NCBI GenBank assembly: GCA_964276515.1 | Contig: OZ193909.1 | Span: 10,478,001 to 10,542,000, forward strand | Origin: Gordius albopunctatus | Lineage: Eukaryota | Direction of reading: 5' to 3' | DNA length: 64,000 nucleotides | Shown here: one piece after another, positions 1 through 48,100 of the stretch | Position numbering within the stretch: position 1 is the first letter of the stretch | How the letters are laid out: every line of letters starts with the position of its first letter | Translations under genes and position numbers: made by a program | Notes under the pieces: model-generated | What the model was told of the DNA's origin: nothing | What the model saw: only the letters and a program-made list of their open reading frames with translations | The model's database searches: none

Positions 1-6
1 AAATAG

Positions 7-34562
<34,556 letters not shown>

Positions 34563-35416
34563 CTTGTGTATTGTATTTTTCATTAGGAATTATAATATAA
34601 ATAATTTTTTACTCCTTTATATAAAAAGCATCTAAGTAGTATTTTTAGCTTAATATATATAATTTGTATCGCTTTTGCAATAAAGTTTTGTTAGAGACAA
34701 CTGTTGTTTTACATATATAGGAGTTTTATATGGATTTTTATATATGATAGTAGAACTTTTAAAGTCCTTCATGCGCCACCCCCCAAACCCGACAGGGCTG
34801 GGTCCGATTAAAATTTAAAATAAAATTTGATTTGGGCTTAAAAAATTAACTTTGCGGGTATTGTTATTTATCTAAAACGAGTGACAGTCGATAAATCACA
34901 AAAATTCAAATTTTAACTGAAAAAAATTCTAATAAGCGGGGTTACCGATGGTTACTCATGCCATTTCAAGTATAACTGTTAATATTTACAATTAACGGTG
35001 CCTAATTTAGCAACACGAATTAATTTTGCCCGGGTACATTAAATATTTTTATTTTGTTTTTTTCATTTTGAATTTTTTTTATACGCGTTGACAATTAATT
35101 ACATATGTTAATAATCATGTAAAAATAATGAAGCATCAATAATTTCCGATCTTAAACAAAGGCTACCTGCAGTTTAAAAGATCCTTGTACTACTAGCACT
35201 TGTAGATGGGATACATAAATCCATTGGGCAAATGAGATAATTTTGGAAACTTTATCTGAAGTTAAAATATTTTAAATCAAAGTTGTTTGACTTTTTTGCT
35301 TTTCCACCCTTATAAAAAAATTTAGTTTATTAATATGGAATGTAAATCCCTAATATTTTAGAGGAAATTTGGTAAAAAGATAATTTTCAAACAGTTTCTT
35401 AAAGTTAGTATATATT

Positions 35417-35515
35417 AGAGCCCTTCACGGGTAATCCGACCCGAGGGTTCGGGTTGAAAATTAAAAAAAACTTTCGGGTTCGGGTTGAAAAATTTTAAAA
35501 TCGGGTCGGGTTACA
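35417..35515. mobile_element. hAT-type MITE end
   Basis: TAGAGCCCTTCACGGG followed by TTCGGG/CCCGA repeats; the other end was not identified. Confidence 0.4.
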
Positions 35516-36113
35516 ATTTAAATTTTTCATACATTTATTTAAATTAATTTCTTTTAAGTTATATCTGAATTTTGGAATTGCCCAATTTTGAATTCAGAAA
35601 GGTAGAATATCTTGATGGATGCTAAAAAATATGATAAACATATAATTGATATCACAAAACTTATGATTTCCTGAACTCCAATTTTTTTTAAATATTAATG
35701 TCTCATTGAGCAGATTTAATAGAATCAATTGCTACGCGTTAGATACTTTAAATATTTGCTCATTTTATATATCATATTAAGAACTCCCCCCCCCCCCTTT
35801 TTATTGTCCCGGCGCATATTAAACAACTCAGTTTGCGTTCTCGAGCAAAGCAAAAAATTGCTCACGCAAGCAATGTCTTCGAAAAATCTAATATCAAGAA
35901 AAAAAATTAAAATTAGCGAAAAATAAAAGTAACCTAAAAATAGGCATTTTCGGTGGTATAAAAAGGTTTATGAACGTCTATATACAAAAATAATAAACTT
36001 TTTCCTACTCTGATAAAAAATAATATTTTACAATACTTAAGACATCTTTAATCAAAAATTCGCAAAATTTATTAATATTGAACGACAAATAGTGAGCATT
36101 TATTTAATTGTTT

Positions 36114-39100
36114 TTACAGGTGTGCCAAGGTCGATGTTTGAAGAGTCTTTGTGATATTAACGGCTAATTTAAGAGATGTTTCATCTTTCTCTTCTTTTAT
36201 TATTAACAACAACCATTCAAGCAATCTCTCATCTTTAAAAGCATATTCTTTACTATCCATAGTGTGGCAATAAATCAACGCATAAGCGTTTAAAATTGAT
36301 CTTTTGAGAAAAGAATCATCAGTGACTCGCTGCGATTGGAGAAGATCCAGGAGTATATCCAAAAATATGACAAAATCCTAAATTAAAAAAGCATAATTAT
36401 TTTATTATGTTCCTAACCAAACTGATCATGCATTTAAACTAAATTATAAATATATGACATCGCTGGGATATAATAAATACCTGCATGAATCATACACAAC
36501 TCTATAACTCATATTACATATTTATTTGAAATTCTATTAAAATTTTGAAAGAATGACAAATTAGATATATACACTGAAGACCAAAATTATGATTTAGTTT
36601 GTCTAGGTGGTTTCATTGTTATTTATTTTAGCCAAAATTGGTTTGGCATATATTATTTAGCCCCTTTCAAGATTAAAACTACGAGCATGACTAGAGATAA
36701 AAAATAAACTGATCGTACCGAAACCTATCCTAAACAATAAAATTATAAACCACATATATTCACAATTTTTATGCCTCCCTAAATTCTAAAAAAGATTTCC
36801 TGAACAATACAATCATTTTAAATCAAAGAAAAAATCTAGATGAAATTTGAAATAAAGAAAATGTGACCTGAATATTTTAAATACGGTAACAACGCTTCGA
36901 AACTACGCTTTTAGAGCATAAATGATGTCCTATGTTTTTAAAATCCTACAATACACGAAAAGGTCCTTTAAGATAGCAAAATATTATTCTCGCGCGCTTT
37001 CATAACTAATTAACAAAAAATGATAATATCCAATTCGAATAGATATAATTCAGTTATAATTAAAAATAACAATCCATTTAAGTAACTAAATTTACTGGGT
37101 AATTTTTAAAGGTATCTAATATGCCACTCAGCGTGACTAAAAAAGATCCAAAAATCAATGGCTCAATCTTTTTATTCACAACTCGGTATTTGCTATATTC
37201 CTGTATCCATGGCAGGAAAAAAATTATGAGAGGTGACTGGTCTATAAAAACTTTTAAGTATGATTTCTAATTTATTGCTAAAATATGTTAAGGTTTGATA
37301 AAGTTACTTGAGCATGAATAGATTTGATAAAGTCCCATTCCACTTCGTAATTCATGGCATATAGGTGATCGGCAAATTCTTTCATATAATTATCACCAAA
37401 TAAATATTTCATGTGTGATAAAGTTTGATTATTAATAGTTGATAGCGCAATCATTATAAGCTAAAATGATGTAAATACTAAAATGTGTTTGATATTTGTA
37501 TAGTAACTTATATTATATTTAATGATTATGGGAAAAAAGATTTTTTCTAAAATTTCGTAATATATGAAAACATCGAAATGACAATAAAAGTAAATGCAAA
37601 TAAATATATGATATTATGTAACTTAATTTGATGTATAAAAGATAGTTATATATTGATCATAAAAGCCCTCATCAGACTGCAAACAGGTTGGTCAATTTAT
37701 AGTTTTTTGCAGCTTGCAAAAATATTAGCCCCAACAATTTTATTTTTGTTTCATTAATGTTCATTTAAGATTAAGAGGTCACTAAAATTAAAGATATAAG
37801 CAAACTAAAAAAATTGTAATAATTGTTTTGAAACTAATATATAAATCAAAATCAGTCCCACGATTTTTTGTGACAAAAATTCATATATTTATACATAATT
37901 ATAACTTTGTTCATAATTTTATTTATATGTTTCTTACTTATCCCCTACCCTTCCAGGTTTTCAGTAAATTATTTTAAAATTTTTTTAAACACCTGCGTAG
38001 TTTTAGTTTCTAAAATATTGATAAAAATTTCAGCATAAACAACCTACATTAATTTGCTCCATTTTCAAAAATTGTTTTGTGCATCATCTTTTTTAATTTA
38101 TATCATCGCAGAGGACCCTGAGACAGCGAAACACTATATTTTAGTCCCATCCAATATTTATCTTGGGATTCCGTACTCAAGAAAGTTTTTTGCGAGTGAA
38201 ATTTAGCTAATTAAAAATATAACAGACCCAGCCTATTATGAAAAGTGTTGCAAAAACGACCGCCATTTTGATAAGGGACGTAAAGTTTGTATAGCGAGGG
38301 ATTGTATTGGCCAATAATAATAATTTTTGATCTTATAACATGAAACAACCCATTTTAATCATTATAGCGATTTTATAAATTCATCAAACCATATGAATTG
38401 GCCAAAATTCATGTTAGAAAATAAGATCAAGTGTAGATGGCGCTATAAAGGTTAATTTTATTTATAAATAATAATTAATTTTTATACCAATATTTTAATT
38501 TTCAAAAGCTCATGTTGATAAAACTCAAAATGATTTATATTTTTATATCAAAATAAATATATAGGGCATAGCCGAAACTATTATAAGCATAAACCTAACC
38601 ATTAAATTCACTTATCAAAATGGAAGTCAAAATTTGGAACACTTTTAAAAGGGAATGAGCAGTCTTAAAACACATCGTAGTTGGAAAGTTTAATTTCAGA
38701 TCCCTTGCCGATAACACGGTTCAACAAGAAAAATTAACCGGTTTCACGGTCAACACAAATATCTTCTCTTCAACACTAGGAATTAAGTGCGTGTTGTTGT
38801 TTAGGTAATAGTAGTAATAGAGTAGATAACAAAAAATATTATAAATTGTCATTTTTAGCACCGGGTCGAAATCAGAAGTCCGAACTAAGGTTTTTTATTT
38901 AGGTTACACTAACACTTAATATTATTTAAATTTGATATAAACAAACAGGTAAAACCAAAAAAAATTACTTGTAAAATTTCTAATTTGAGAGAAAAATTAT
39001 AAATGGCTGTTGGATAAGAAAAGAAATTTGATGCTAAATGTTTTATAATTGTTTGAGGATCCTTGGACATCAATAATACTAAAATGGCCCTCCTAGCGTG

Positions 39101-42100
39101 ATTTTCTTTAGATTTTGCATCTAGTTCTAAAGTAAGAATCTTTTGAAACAATGGAAGCAATATTTGTGGAAGATCTGGAGGCGCAAAGGATAATGTATAT
39201 AAAAAGTTTGTTAGTATAGTTAATTTATCTAGATTCTGATCATTTTCTTCGAGAAATGCAATATTTTTCGTCATACGATGATATACCGAATTGTCAACAT
39301 TGTCACTGCAAGACAGATACGACTCATAATTTGTAAGGATTAGAGGATTGTAGGTAACCTAGTTAAATATTGTTCACAATGAAATTAAACGTTTGAAAGA
39401 GCATTCATAGTAATTATAAATATAAGTGAATAGGATAAAATGTTAAGAATTTAGAAATTTTTTATAACTTTTTCGGACTTGTGGCAACTTAATTGAAACT
39501 TTAATGTGCTACCTTCTTCATCGCTATTAGGCTTGGGATCCCATATTTTATCTGGTTTAAATTGGGCCATATCACTAGATCAAGCGAACGAACATTAAAC
39601 TCAATCACGAAATAATTTCAAGATGTATCATTGTAGGCATTAAAACGTATATAATATTGACTATTTTACTCAATAATTTCCTGAATATTTCTTGACGGCA
39701 ACGGTTTAAGTAATTCGCTGAATTCAAGTTCTATGTTTGGATTAAGCATGCTCGAGTCTATTTCCATCACATCCGGCAATAAATTATTTACAACATATTT
39801 CATCACAATTAATCCCATGTCTTTCACAAAGGGCATAGAACTTTCCAAATGTAAATTAACTCCTTCAAGTAAGATGCTATTTAAACGAAAACAATTAAAA
39901 AAGCACGCCGAAGTATATAAAAAAGCATTAAACAATAAAAAAGACGATTTTCGAGCGACAATTTTAAATCAGGATAATTTTTGGTAAGGGTGTAGGTAGA
40001 GCTGTTAAAGGAACTAGTTCCTTTAAAAAAAGGAACTAGTTTATTTTTCAAAATGAGGTCCTGGAACTAGTTCCTTTTTTTCTCAATTTATCGCAAAAGG
40101 AACTACTTATAAGTTCCTTTTGCAAAATTTCAATTTCCATTAAAATTTTTTTAATTAATTGATATTCGATTAATACTTTAAATAAAAATACATTAGTTTA
40201 AAAAAAAATTTATAATTTAAATATTATTTAGTATTTTATTCACGGTAGTGTTTGTTAAATAAATATTTCGACTTATGGTAATTTATATAAAGGTCATTTC
40301 CTTTAATTGGTTTTTAATTTTTATCATATTCCTAGTAATAGTGAGTTTATAAATATTAAATATATAATCTTTTGATTTTAGATATGAGTGAGAGTAACAT
40401 TACCATAATTAAACCTGAAAATATACTCTGGCCTATATTTGAGAATATTTTTACGCTTATTCAAAAGGATGCAAAATCAATAACTCTTTTGAATTGAAAA
40501 ATGATGAAATGAATGAATCAATTGAACGTTTTTTGCTTTCTAATAACAGGAATTTAAGTGTTTTAGACAGTTTTGCCCATTTAAAAAAACTATTTATTAA
40601 ATATAATACGCCATTACCATCAAGTGCCCCTGTGGAAAGATTTTTTATTTTGGGCAAAATTTTATTTGGAGACAAGCGAACATGTCTTTTAGATGACAAC
40701 TTTGAAAATAATATTTTGTTAAAATCAAATAAACATTTATTACCTGATGATTTTTACAAATTGTAATATATAATATATTGGTTTTATGAATTAATAAAAG
40801 ATGTTTGTGCATTTAAAAAAAAATTAAAAAAGGAACTTAAAAAGGAACTGGAACTAGTTCCTTTTTAAAAGGAACTTTTAACACCTCTAGGTGTAGCCTT
40901 CATTTATTAGAGTAATTTCTAAAAAATTTAGACATTTTGGGAAAATACTTTTTAAGTTATTGGCGTTAAGGGACCAATATCACATTTGGGAGAGTTTTAT
41001 AGATTTTACTCTTTTTATCGTATTTTTGAAAGTAATTGCGTTATTCACTCAAATTTTGGTGCATTTTATTCCTAAAAAATTCTCTACCAAAATAATATAA
41101 CCAAAAACCTCAAACTTTTGCGGTTAATTTTTAGTGGTCAAATTAGTGAAAAATCTTTAAAGCATATTTACGCTTTATATGAAATGACCAATTTCACAAT
41201 GTGCACACCTTTATGACCCATTATCATATTTCAATCATAAAAAGTTTGGGAGCGGCTACGAGATGGCCAAAATTTGAAAAATTACATTTCCACAAAAAAT
41301 ATTTATAGATGGCGGCATAATCAATTATCACAAGATCATATTATGATGTTTGTTTTTATCAAATTGCAAATTTATAAAGGATATATGGTAAGTAAATAAT
41401 ATTGGAATAAAAATAAACTTACATTTTAAAATTATATATGCACGATGGGCAACTAACCGAGTTTGAAAAAATCTTTAATTTTAATTAAAATAAAAAATGG
41501 TCACATCACAACTAGCAAGCAATATTTTTTAAAACACCTTTCATCCTGCATAGATTTTATATAATAAAAATATTTAAGCGATTTCGCCATCATGTTAGTA
41601 TTTATTTTTTTTTCAACCTCACATTAATTTTAGCCTCCCCCTATATCATATAAGTTAAAATTCAAGATCAAATTTTGTGATAATTGATTTGCCATCTATA
41701 AATAATTTTTGGGGAAATGTAATTATTTGAATTCTTGACTATTTCATAGCTGACACCAAGCTTTTTATAATTGAAATATGATAATGGGTCATAAAGGAGT
41801 GCACATTGTGAAAGTCAAACAAAATTGGCTATTATGGAAAAATTAAAAACAAAATTTTATTAAGAATATTAATGATAAATTGAAATTAGCTTACAATAAA
41901 AAATATAGCTGTGGTAAAGTAATTTATTACTTTAAAATTAATTTTTTTCCTGTTTCAAAATTTGGCATCAAAAGATAATAAGTATTCAAAATTACTAGCC
42001 ATTTTGTAGCAGATAGATGTAATTTTTCAGACCAACTGTTGATTAAAAATTCATCACTCCACATAGTTCCCATTTCAATAAAATCTGGATAATAAATAAA

Positions 42101-45100
42101 TTCAAATGATTTTAGCAATATAACTTTTTTTAACAATTTCAAAGCTAGGATCATATAGAATGCAGAATTATCCATTTATAAAATCATATAAAACAAAAAA
42201 TTATAATTTTAAAGATGTGCTTTAAATATAAAATCAAAATATTAACTAGGACAAAATACAATTGCTTTTATAATAAAAATACCTTTTTGAATGTATTATA
42301 TAATTTAATTAGTTATATAATTATAAATAATACAATTATTGATATTGAGTTATATCTTATATTTTATCAATACATTTTTGCATTAGATCAGTCTCATTTG
42401 ATGCATTTATATATTGAACGACATTATGGTAATAATTAGAATTAGGTACTGGCTGGTGTATCAATTTATGAATTATCATGGATAGGAATTCTGAAGCACA
42501 TGGCCATAATTTCTGGATTAATTGAACACTGTTAATTTTAAATATCCAAGAACATATATAATACCCATTTTTTATGGACATTAAGTATTTCAATAATTTT
42601 TCCTGTGAAAGGTATCCACATTTGTAAATGTTTTCATAAAAAATAATTAATTTATCCTGATTACAAAGTTTAAATGATGTTTGCAATATATCTTTAATCA
42701 AATTTGTATTCAGAATGATACATTTTTCCAAAAATATATGTATATGTGTGTCATGACTTGTACATTCTGTTGCTATATATTGAGCAAATGTGTTAATAAG
42801 CTTAGCAAAATATGTATTGATCAGATGAATGTTTGACAATGCTAGGTATGGTATTTCTAATATCATGGTATAGTAATGATTTATGTTAAAACTATCATCA
42901 TTAAATGGATAAAATATTTCCTTATGAATAAAACATTGTAGTAATTTAATGTGAGCTAACTCATAATTCCTAAAAGTATTAATTGCCAAAAATGAGTTTA
43001 TTACTTTCCTGAGGTGACATATTTAAGAAATATATAATATAGTTCATTCCTACAGCCTAAGTTTAAAACCTCTTTAAAAAAAGGGGCTGTTTCATCTTTT
43101 AGCTTAAAACTAGAAAATAAATTCTCTAATTTTTCATATTTTTTCTGGTAATTATTAATCATGTATGTATGTATATATGTATTTTTTTTGCCTCGAAGAC
43201 GCCCAAGAGCTTAGTAAGTGCAATCTAAGGTTGAGCCCCTTCTCACGCCAAATGGCGCATAAGGCCACGTTATTGCTAACGTGTGATTTTATTCCTGTAA
43301 CAAATGTATGTATTAAGCAGTGTAAATATGCATGATAATAAGTTTTAATAATTAAGCATAAGATTATGGGTAAGAATAGGGTTGTATTAGTGGAGGCGAG
43401 AAATATGGGTTTCCGAGAAATTTTTCCATGATTTTCTATCATGCATAATATCTTGTAACGAGGTCCAATCTTTACCGAGGGTTTGCATGTCGCGGAATAC
43501 TTTGTACAGCCAACTATTATTGCACGTGCGACCCCTTAATAGAGGAGGACGCCAAAACAGGGAAGATAAACAATAATTAGTTCCCTTTCTTCTTACCAGA
43601 TGGGCTAAGAAGCCCCATTTTCTGGTTGAAAATTCTTTATCGGAGGAATTTTACACCGAACCCACAGGTCTTCGTTGGATATTATGTTAGGGTAGAAAAT
43701 TCTACAAACTATCCGTAGCATTTTATTCACGTTTACTTGAAGCTTTCTTAGAGTAGGTGCTCTTAAAGACCAGGATTCACAACCGTATAACAGAACTGGT
43801 AGGATCATTACTTTGAAAATTCTGAGTCGCGTAAGAAGCTTCAAGTCAAGTGATCTCCATATGGCGGAACCAGAGTAACTCCACACTCTCAAGTATCGAA
43901 ATTTTTGAGATACATTTGTAGGAAAACAATTCATTTAGCTCAAGGTGAAAAGAGAAAGAATACACAAACATAATTAACTTTAATCTGAATGTTTATCGTT
44001 ATCTATTGATATAAAAACTCGCAATTTATAGATTAGTTACCACTGTTATATTCCAAACCCTTTTACTAAACATTAAAATGTTATCATTGAGCATTTGTCG
44101 GCATTAATAAATAGTCCAACTTGCTTTACCTGATCGAAGAATCTATCCACCATAGATTGTGCCTTGTGTGTAGAGGTTGTCACCAGACATATGTCGTCAG
44201 AGATGAGCGACGATAGCAATGCCATCGGATATTCACCTTTTTACTATCAGATCCATCACTATATTAATAAATAGAGGGGACAATGGAGAGCCTTGCCTGA
44301 CTCCCGTCGTGACCAAAAAGCAACTACCTTCATGTCTTTGTCTTCATCTTTATCGTGTTGAAAATCCCACTTCCATCTGTGTCGCGTAAATGCCATGCCA
44401 ATTTCCATCTGTTTGACGTCCGTAGTGGCACGTGGTCTGCCCCTTCCTCTTCTTCCAGGCACTTCCATCTCCAACGTTCGCCGTGTGACATCGTCTTCGT
44501 CTCTTCGTAATACATTGCTATACCAACGCAGTCGATTTTCTCTTAAGTAGTCCTTCGTTGCTTGTATACCCATCTTTGTCATCAAGGATTCGTTCGTCAT
44601 GCGATCCAGCTTGGTGTAGCCTAAGCTCCATCGCACCATTCTCATTTCCGTGACTTGCAAGAGTTTCTCCTCCGCGGTGGTTACAGCCCATGTTTCGCTC
44701 CCGTAAAGCAAGACCGGTCGCACGATGGTTTTGTACGCCTTGCTTTTCAACCAAATTGGTATCCTTTTGTCACACATGACACCGGAGATGCTGCGCCACT
44801 TGAGCCACGCTTTCTTGATCCGAGAATGGACTTTGGCGGTACATCCTCCCTCTTGATGTAATAGCGAGCCAAGATATGTGAACTTATAAACCTTCGTGTA
44901 CCTTGGACCGTCATTTTTGTGCATTTGCGGACTACCGCCCATCGTTTGCATGTAAACCGTTTTCTTCTCGCTGACCTTTAACCCGAATTCCGAAAAACGT
45001 TCTGACCATTTTTTCGCCTGATGAAAAACCCCTTCTCTTGTTTCATCGCATAGGACAATATCGTCGGCATATAGCATAGTCCAAGGGGCTGGCTTGTGCA

Positions 45101-48100
45101 AGTCCTTTGTTATTGTATCCATAATTAGATTAAAAAAATGGGCTTAACGCTGATCCTTGATGTAGTCCGATCATTATTCGGAAGGGTTTCGTTACTCCTA
45201 CGATAGTCCTAACAGATGCAACCGCGCCATTATACATTTCCTTGATAAGTCGAACATATCCTTCGGGTATATTTCTGGCTCTAAGGGACCACCATATTAA
45301 GTCTCTCGGAACCGTATCGTAGGCCTTTTCTAAATCGATGAAGACCATGTGTAAGTTCTTTCTTATGTCGCCATATTTTTCCATCGTCTGCTTCAATGCA
45401 AAGATTGGGTCCATCGTTGATTTACCGGCCACAAATCCAAACTGATTGGGCGAGAGACAAACTTCGTCATTGAGCCTTTTCACTAGCACCCTTTCTAGTA
45501 GTTTTAGTGAGTGGCAGGTCAACTTGATACCTCTAAAGTTGCCACATTCCTGCGCGTCTCTTTACCTTTGTATATGGGTATGATCGTACTTTCCCTCCAT
45601 TGGTCAGGGATACGACTCTCATACAGCATAGCGTTAAATAGACCTGTCATTATGTCGATTCCTTCTCCTTTGCACCCAAACCAAGCTTCGATCAGTAGAT
45701 CATCGAGACCTAGCGCTTTCCCTTTCCGCATCTTCGTTAGTTGCGCTCCTATTTCATAAGTCTGCAATGGTAAAACCAAGTTCGAGTTCGGTTCCACCCT
45801 CTCTAGCGGTCTTCTATCATTCGTTTTGTTCATCATATTTTGGAAATAATCTTTCCATCTTTTGATGACTTCCTTCGGTTTGCACAACGTTCGTCCCTCT
45901 TCGCTTTTAATGACTTTAAGTGTCCCGACATCTCGACTTTTTTTCTCCCTGATCTTTGCGAGTTTATACATGACTATGTCGCCGCCCTTGGTATCGAGCT
46001 TGTTTGCCATCTCGGTGTAAGCCTCGTTCTTCGCTATCGCGACCGCTATCTTAGCTTTGCGTTTCGCTTCACGATATGCCTCGTAGTCTTCTCCTTTCTT
46101 CGTTTTGTACCATCGTAGGTACAACGCCTTCTTTTCTTCTATAACCTCTTTGACCGAGCCATTCCACCACCATAGTTCACGCTTGTGAGCTCTGCCGCCC
46201 TTAGTTCGTCCCAATATTTGAAAGGCCGTTTCCTTTAGAACATTTGCAACGGTGCCCCACCTTTTGTTAATGTCGCCCTCCAAGCCTGCAACCTTCAAGA
46301 GCGGAGTTGCTCGAGCGTGAAACATTTCATTTGCACGATCATCCTTAAGCTTTTTGTACTTTGTCCTTGGTGTGTAGACTTTTCTCCTTACGGGAAAAAT
46401 CTTTCTTGCTATATCGAGGACAACTGGCCGATGTTGTTTGGCGATTTCTTCCCCCGGTATAACCTTGCAATCTTTAACTTGCCACAAATTTTTGCGCTTC
46501 ACTAAGATGTAGTCGACCTGTGTAAGGTGATCCCCACTACTGTACGTCACTAAATGTTCGGTACGCTTCTGAAAGAAGGTATTCACAACGGCCATATCGT
46601 AAGCTTGCGCCATCTGTAGTAACTTCTCTTCCTCTTTATTTTTCACCCCATAGCCATGCCCGCCGTGATTTCGTTCGTACACGCCTCTTTCTTTCCCAAC
46701 ATGCCCATTAAAGTCTGCTCCGATGATGAGATTCTCGTCGGGCTTCACGTAGCGTATTTCTTTTTCGAGCTTCTCATAGAATTTGTCCTTCTCATTTTCG
46801 GAACATCCAACCTGGGGCGAATACGCACGAATAACATTGACAAGGCCGCCTTGATCCGCCAGCTTTATGCACATCAATCTATCCGAGCATCGTTTGACTT
46901 TGACTACCTTGTCCTTAAAGGAATCGCTAAGCACTATACCGACCCCGTTCTTCCGTGATGGGAAACCCGAGTAGTATAGCTTGTAACCATCTCCTAGCTC
47001 CATGGCTTTTGTTCCATGCCACAGAGTTTCTTGTAGACACGCTATGTGTATCCTTTGCCTTTTTATCATCTGCGCAACCTCGATGCTCTTCCCCGTCAGC
47101 TTTCCCACATTCCAGCTGGCCACTCTTGTCCGTTCGACAACTAGATTCCTTAACCGCCTTCGTTTTGAGCGAGGCGGTGACCCTTGTATACTTTTCACAT
47201 TGCACGGGAGGATGATGCAATGCGCGTCGTTTGAGGAGGACGCCCTAGCATTCTGGTATAAATTCGTATTTGAAGCTGCCATGGTGTTTGGAGTTGCTTT
47301 TTTTTACAGCCGGCTTCCGACCTGACGCCAACCCTCCACTTTTTCACACGGACTTGGGACCGTCGTGTCTTTGTAAATGAGAAAAATCATTCTGATTATT
47401 GTTTGGTATTCCTAGTAGACATAATGCCTCCCATATATATAGGTGATGAATATAGTCGAATGCTTTGGAAAGTCTAAGAACACAAGGACTAAGGGGTTTC
47501 CACTGGTACTCGAAATATCCATTATATTTCATAACGTGTGTAGTCGTACGGCATCTCCTGAACCCCGCCTAATTTTGTCTGAGGATGTCATCTATCTGAT
47601 TTTACAGCCTATTATATAAAACTTTAATAAAGAGCTTTGACTCAAAGTTAATAATTGTGACTCAGAAGGGTCTCCTTTATTGAATAGTTTATTAAGGCGA
47701 CCCAATGACCAGGAATTCGGCAATTCCTCTTTTTCATATACTTTGTAAAAAAGGTGGTACAGAAGCTTTCGGGATAGGCGGGAGTCCGCTTTAAGGGCTT
47801 AAGAAGTTATCCCTGACGGATCTGCCGTATATGTGATTTAAGAGCTTTGATCTAACAATTTCAGAAATGTATCTAAAAACGCAAGCACGAACAGTAGCTG
47901 GGTAATATGCTAGTTTAGCAGAATGAGTGCTAACTGTTCGGTGCGTTAGTTTTAACAGTAGCACATAAAAAATGCTCGAGAAGTTAGTCGAAGCAGCCAA
48001 ATCTGTTAAAAATTTAGCAGGAGCTCGAGCAGTAAATTCGAGCAGATAGTAGATTGAATTGCTTTTGTTAAACTTTTTTAGTTACTAACAAAATTTGCTC

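Larger units (their letters stand above)
43161..48063 (-). mobile_element. Old, internally deleted LINE (split by the younger RTE insertion)
   Basis: Degenerate RT before the insertion (LVFLDFSKAFD, IWEALCLLGIP, IYKD; ~47370-47700) resumes after it (TGVRQGSPLSPLFINIVMD, DDICL; ~44310-44100). C-terminal LPVLLYGCESW at 43605-43934 and a (TACA)n tail at 43161-43181. Confidence 0.75.

Noticed and set aside
36850..38210. Extra TELO2 exon candidates at ~36870-37000 and ~38050-38205
   Set aside because: Stops in all usable frames, and the gene model closes in phase without them.
44330..47325. Many overlapping short ORFs on both strands
   Set aside because: Shadow frames of the GC-richer RTE coding sequence.
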